From the NCBI GenBank assembly GCA_951804945.1, contig OX638149.1, positions 77,190,001-77,254,000 of the forward strand: DNA of 64,000 nucleotides. The letters are read 5' to 3'. How positions within the stretch are numbered: position 1 is the stretch's first letter; every line of letters begins with the position of its first letter. The position numbers and the translations under genes were made by a program. The stretch is from Podarcis cretensis. Lineage: Eukaryota. Below, piece after piece: positions 62,880 to 64,000 of the stretch. The notes beneath the pieces are model-generated. The model was given only the letters and a program-made list of their open reading frames with translations, did not search any database and was not told where the DNA came from.

Positions 62880-63140
62880 TGACATTTTATGTATTTATTG
62901 CACTGAAATACCTCCTGGCTTTCAAGGTGCTCAGGGAAAGGCACACAATTCTACACCCTCCCAGCCCATAATCCTAAAAATACTGCTGTGGAGGTAGGTG
63001 AGGAGGAGAGAGAGGGAGAAAGAGACACAGAGAGAAAGCAATTGACCCTAAGTCACTCTAGAACCAAAACTGAATAAGGATTTAAACCTGAGTCTTCCTA
63101 GTCCTAATCAGGCACACTTGAACTAACTTCAGCACACAGG
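62880..63140 (-). mobile_element. MIR-like CORE-SINE relic
   Basis: Decayed TTGACCCTAAGTCAC...GGATTTAAACCTGAGTCTTCCTAGTCC pattern of a reverse-oriented MIR-type element. Confidence 0.5.
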
Positions 63141-63431
63141 TTCAGTCACTGATGTACTGTATACTGATGGCATCTAAATCAAATGATTCATAGAAGTGGC
63201 CTGTGCAAAAATAGCACAAAAGCTGTAGAATAAAAAATTATTTCCAAATGCTGTAGAATATAAAATGATTTCCAAATGCTGTGGTCAGCTGTTCATCGAT
63301 CTGTTCTGAGTTCTTAAAAATATGCATGAGTTAAAGCAAACTTCACTAAGTTTGATATGGCTGTCTGTCCAAATGCTAACACAAGGAGGAGCCACTGAAG
63401 TTTGCTATATATCTTTTCCTCTGCATCTTTT

Positions 63432-63640
63432 CTTTTGGTTTCATGCGAAGCCGCTGCACGTTGGTGTGGCCGTTCCTGTGAAAGCATAGGCAGTCGGCAT
63501 ATATTGCCATTGCAGTTTGTTGCCCTCGGGAGGCGATTCAAAATCCAGAGCATTAACAAGACTAGCCACCAAGCCCAACCGTAGACGCATGAAATCATAA
63601 TCACTCTGTGATTTCCATGCGGAAAACCTTTGTGCAAATT
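63432..63640 (-). repeat. Eulor8-like ancient palindromic amniote repeat
   Basis: Inverted termini TTTCATGCG (63439) and CGCATGAAA (63586), imperfect long hairpin, retained CpGs. Resembles my recollection of the Eulor8 consensus. Confidence 0.55.
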
Positions 63641-64000
63641 GTTCCTGAAAAGGACAAGGAATAAAGACTATGCTATGAAGTGTGTGTGTGTTTCATAAGT
63701 GTGTATTTACACTCACTCTAATACAATCACGGTTGTCACATGTTCTCGTAATACTGTGGTGACCTCATTTTTGGTGCTATGAAAATCTCAAATACTGTTT
63801 AAATTATAAACATCTGTATGCCAGCCTACAGTGTATTTAGTAGCATTTTACCATATTATTTGCAATATAAAATTATCAACATGTCTATTCTTTGCCAGGG
63901 TGGGTTATGGGTATTTGGTGAAGTTGGCTGTTTAAAGGAAAAGCAACTCTGGGTAGCTTTCCATGGGTCAAAAGTATTTTTGCTAAAATGCTTGCTCAAT

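Noticed and set aside
63222-63282. 28-bp tandem repeat as a CRISPR-like array
   Set aside because: Simple two-unit duplication without spacers in eukaryotic DNA.
153-63637. Remaining short ORFs in the six-frame track
   Set aside because: No recognisable domains or splice-consistent structure. Many derive from microsatellites or repeats.
33400-64000. MOB2 first exons expected downstream by human synteny
   Set aside because: No MDWLMG or MVLQAVSKVLR-like exon and no CpG-island promoter seen.

Overview
Vertebrate genomic DNA, CpG-depleted and repeat-rich. The SINE/MITE content points to a squamate, most likely a lacertid lizard. The only supportable protein-coding gene is DUSP8 (MAPK phosphatase hVH5/M3-6) on the + strand. 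Four canonical exons (24588-24754, 26296-26455, 27441-27564, 28403-29516) encode the end of the rhodanese domain, the whole dual-specificity phosphatase domain (HCLAGISRS) and the C-terminal tail. The canonical exons for the MAPK-binding rhodanese domain were not found and probably lie upstream of the window. A phase-compatible alternative coding exon at 10231-10348 (MPLDVMIAP...MKLKIRVRRMKESREMR) would splice onto 24588 to give a 560-aa isoform lacking the docking domain. The rest is intron, a long 3' UTR and intergenic DNA. It carries young Sauria and Squam3-type SINEs, Tc1/mariner and hAT MITEs, CR1/L2 fragments, microsatellites and two likely ancient amniote repeats (AmnSINE1-like, Eulor8-like) that are candidate exapted regulatory elements. 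No prokaryote-type system, RNA gene or CRISPR array is present. Repeat-family names are from memory of consensus sequences and need RepeatMasker/Dfam confirmation.
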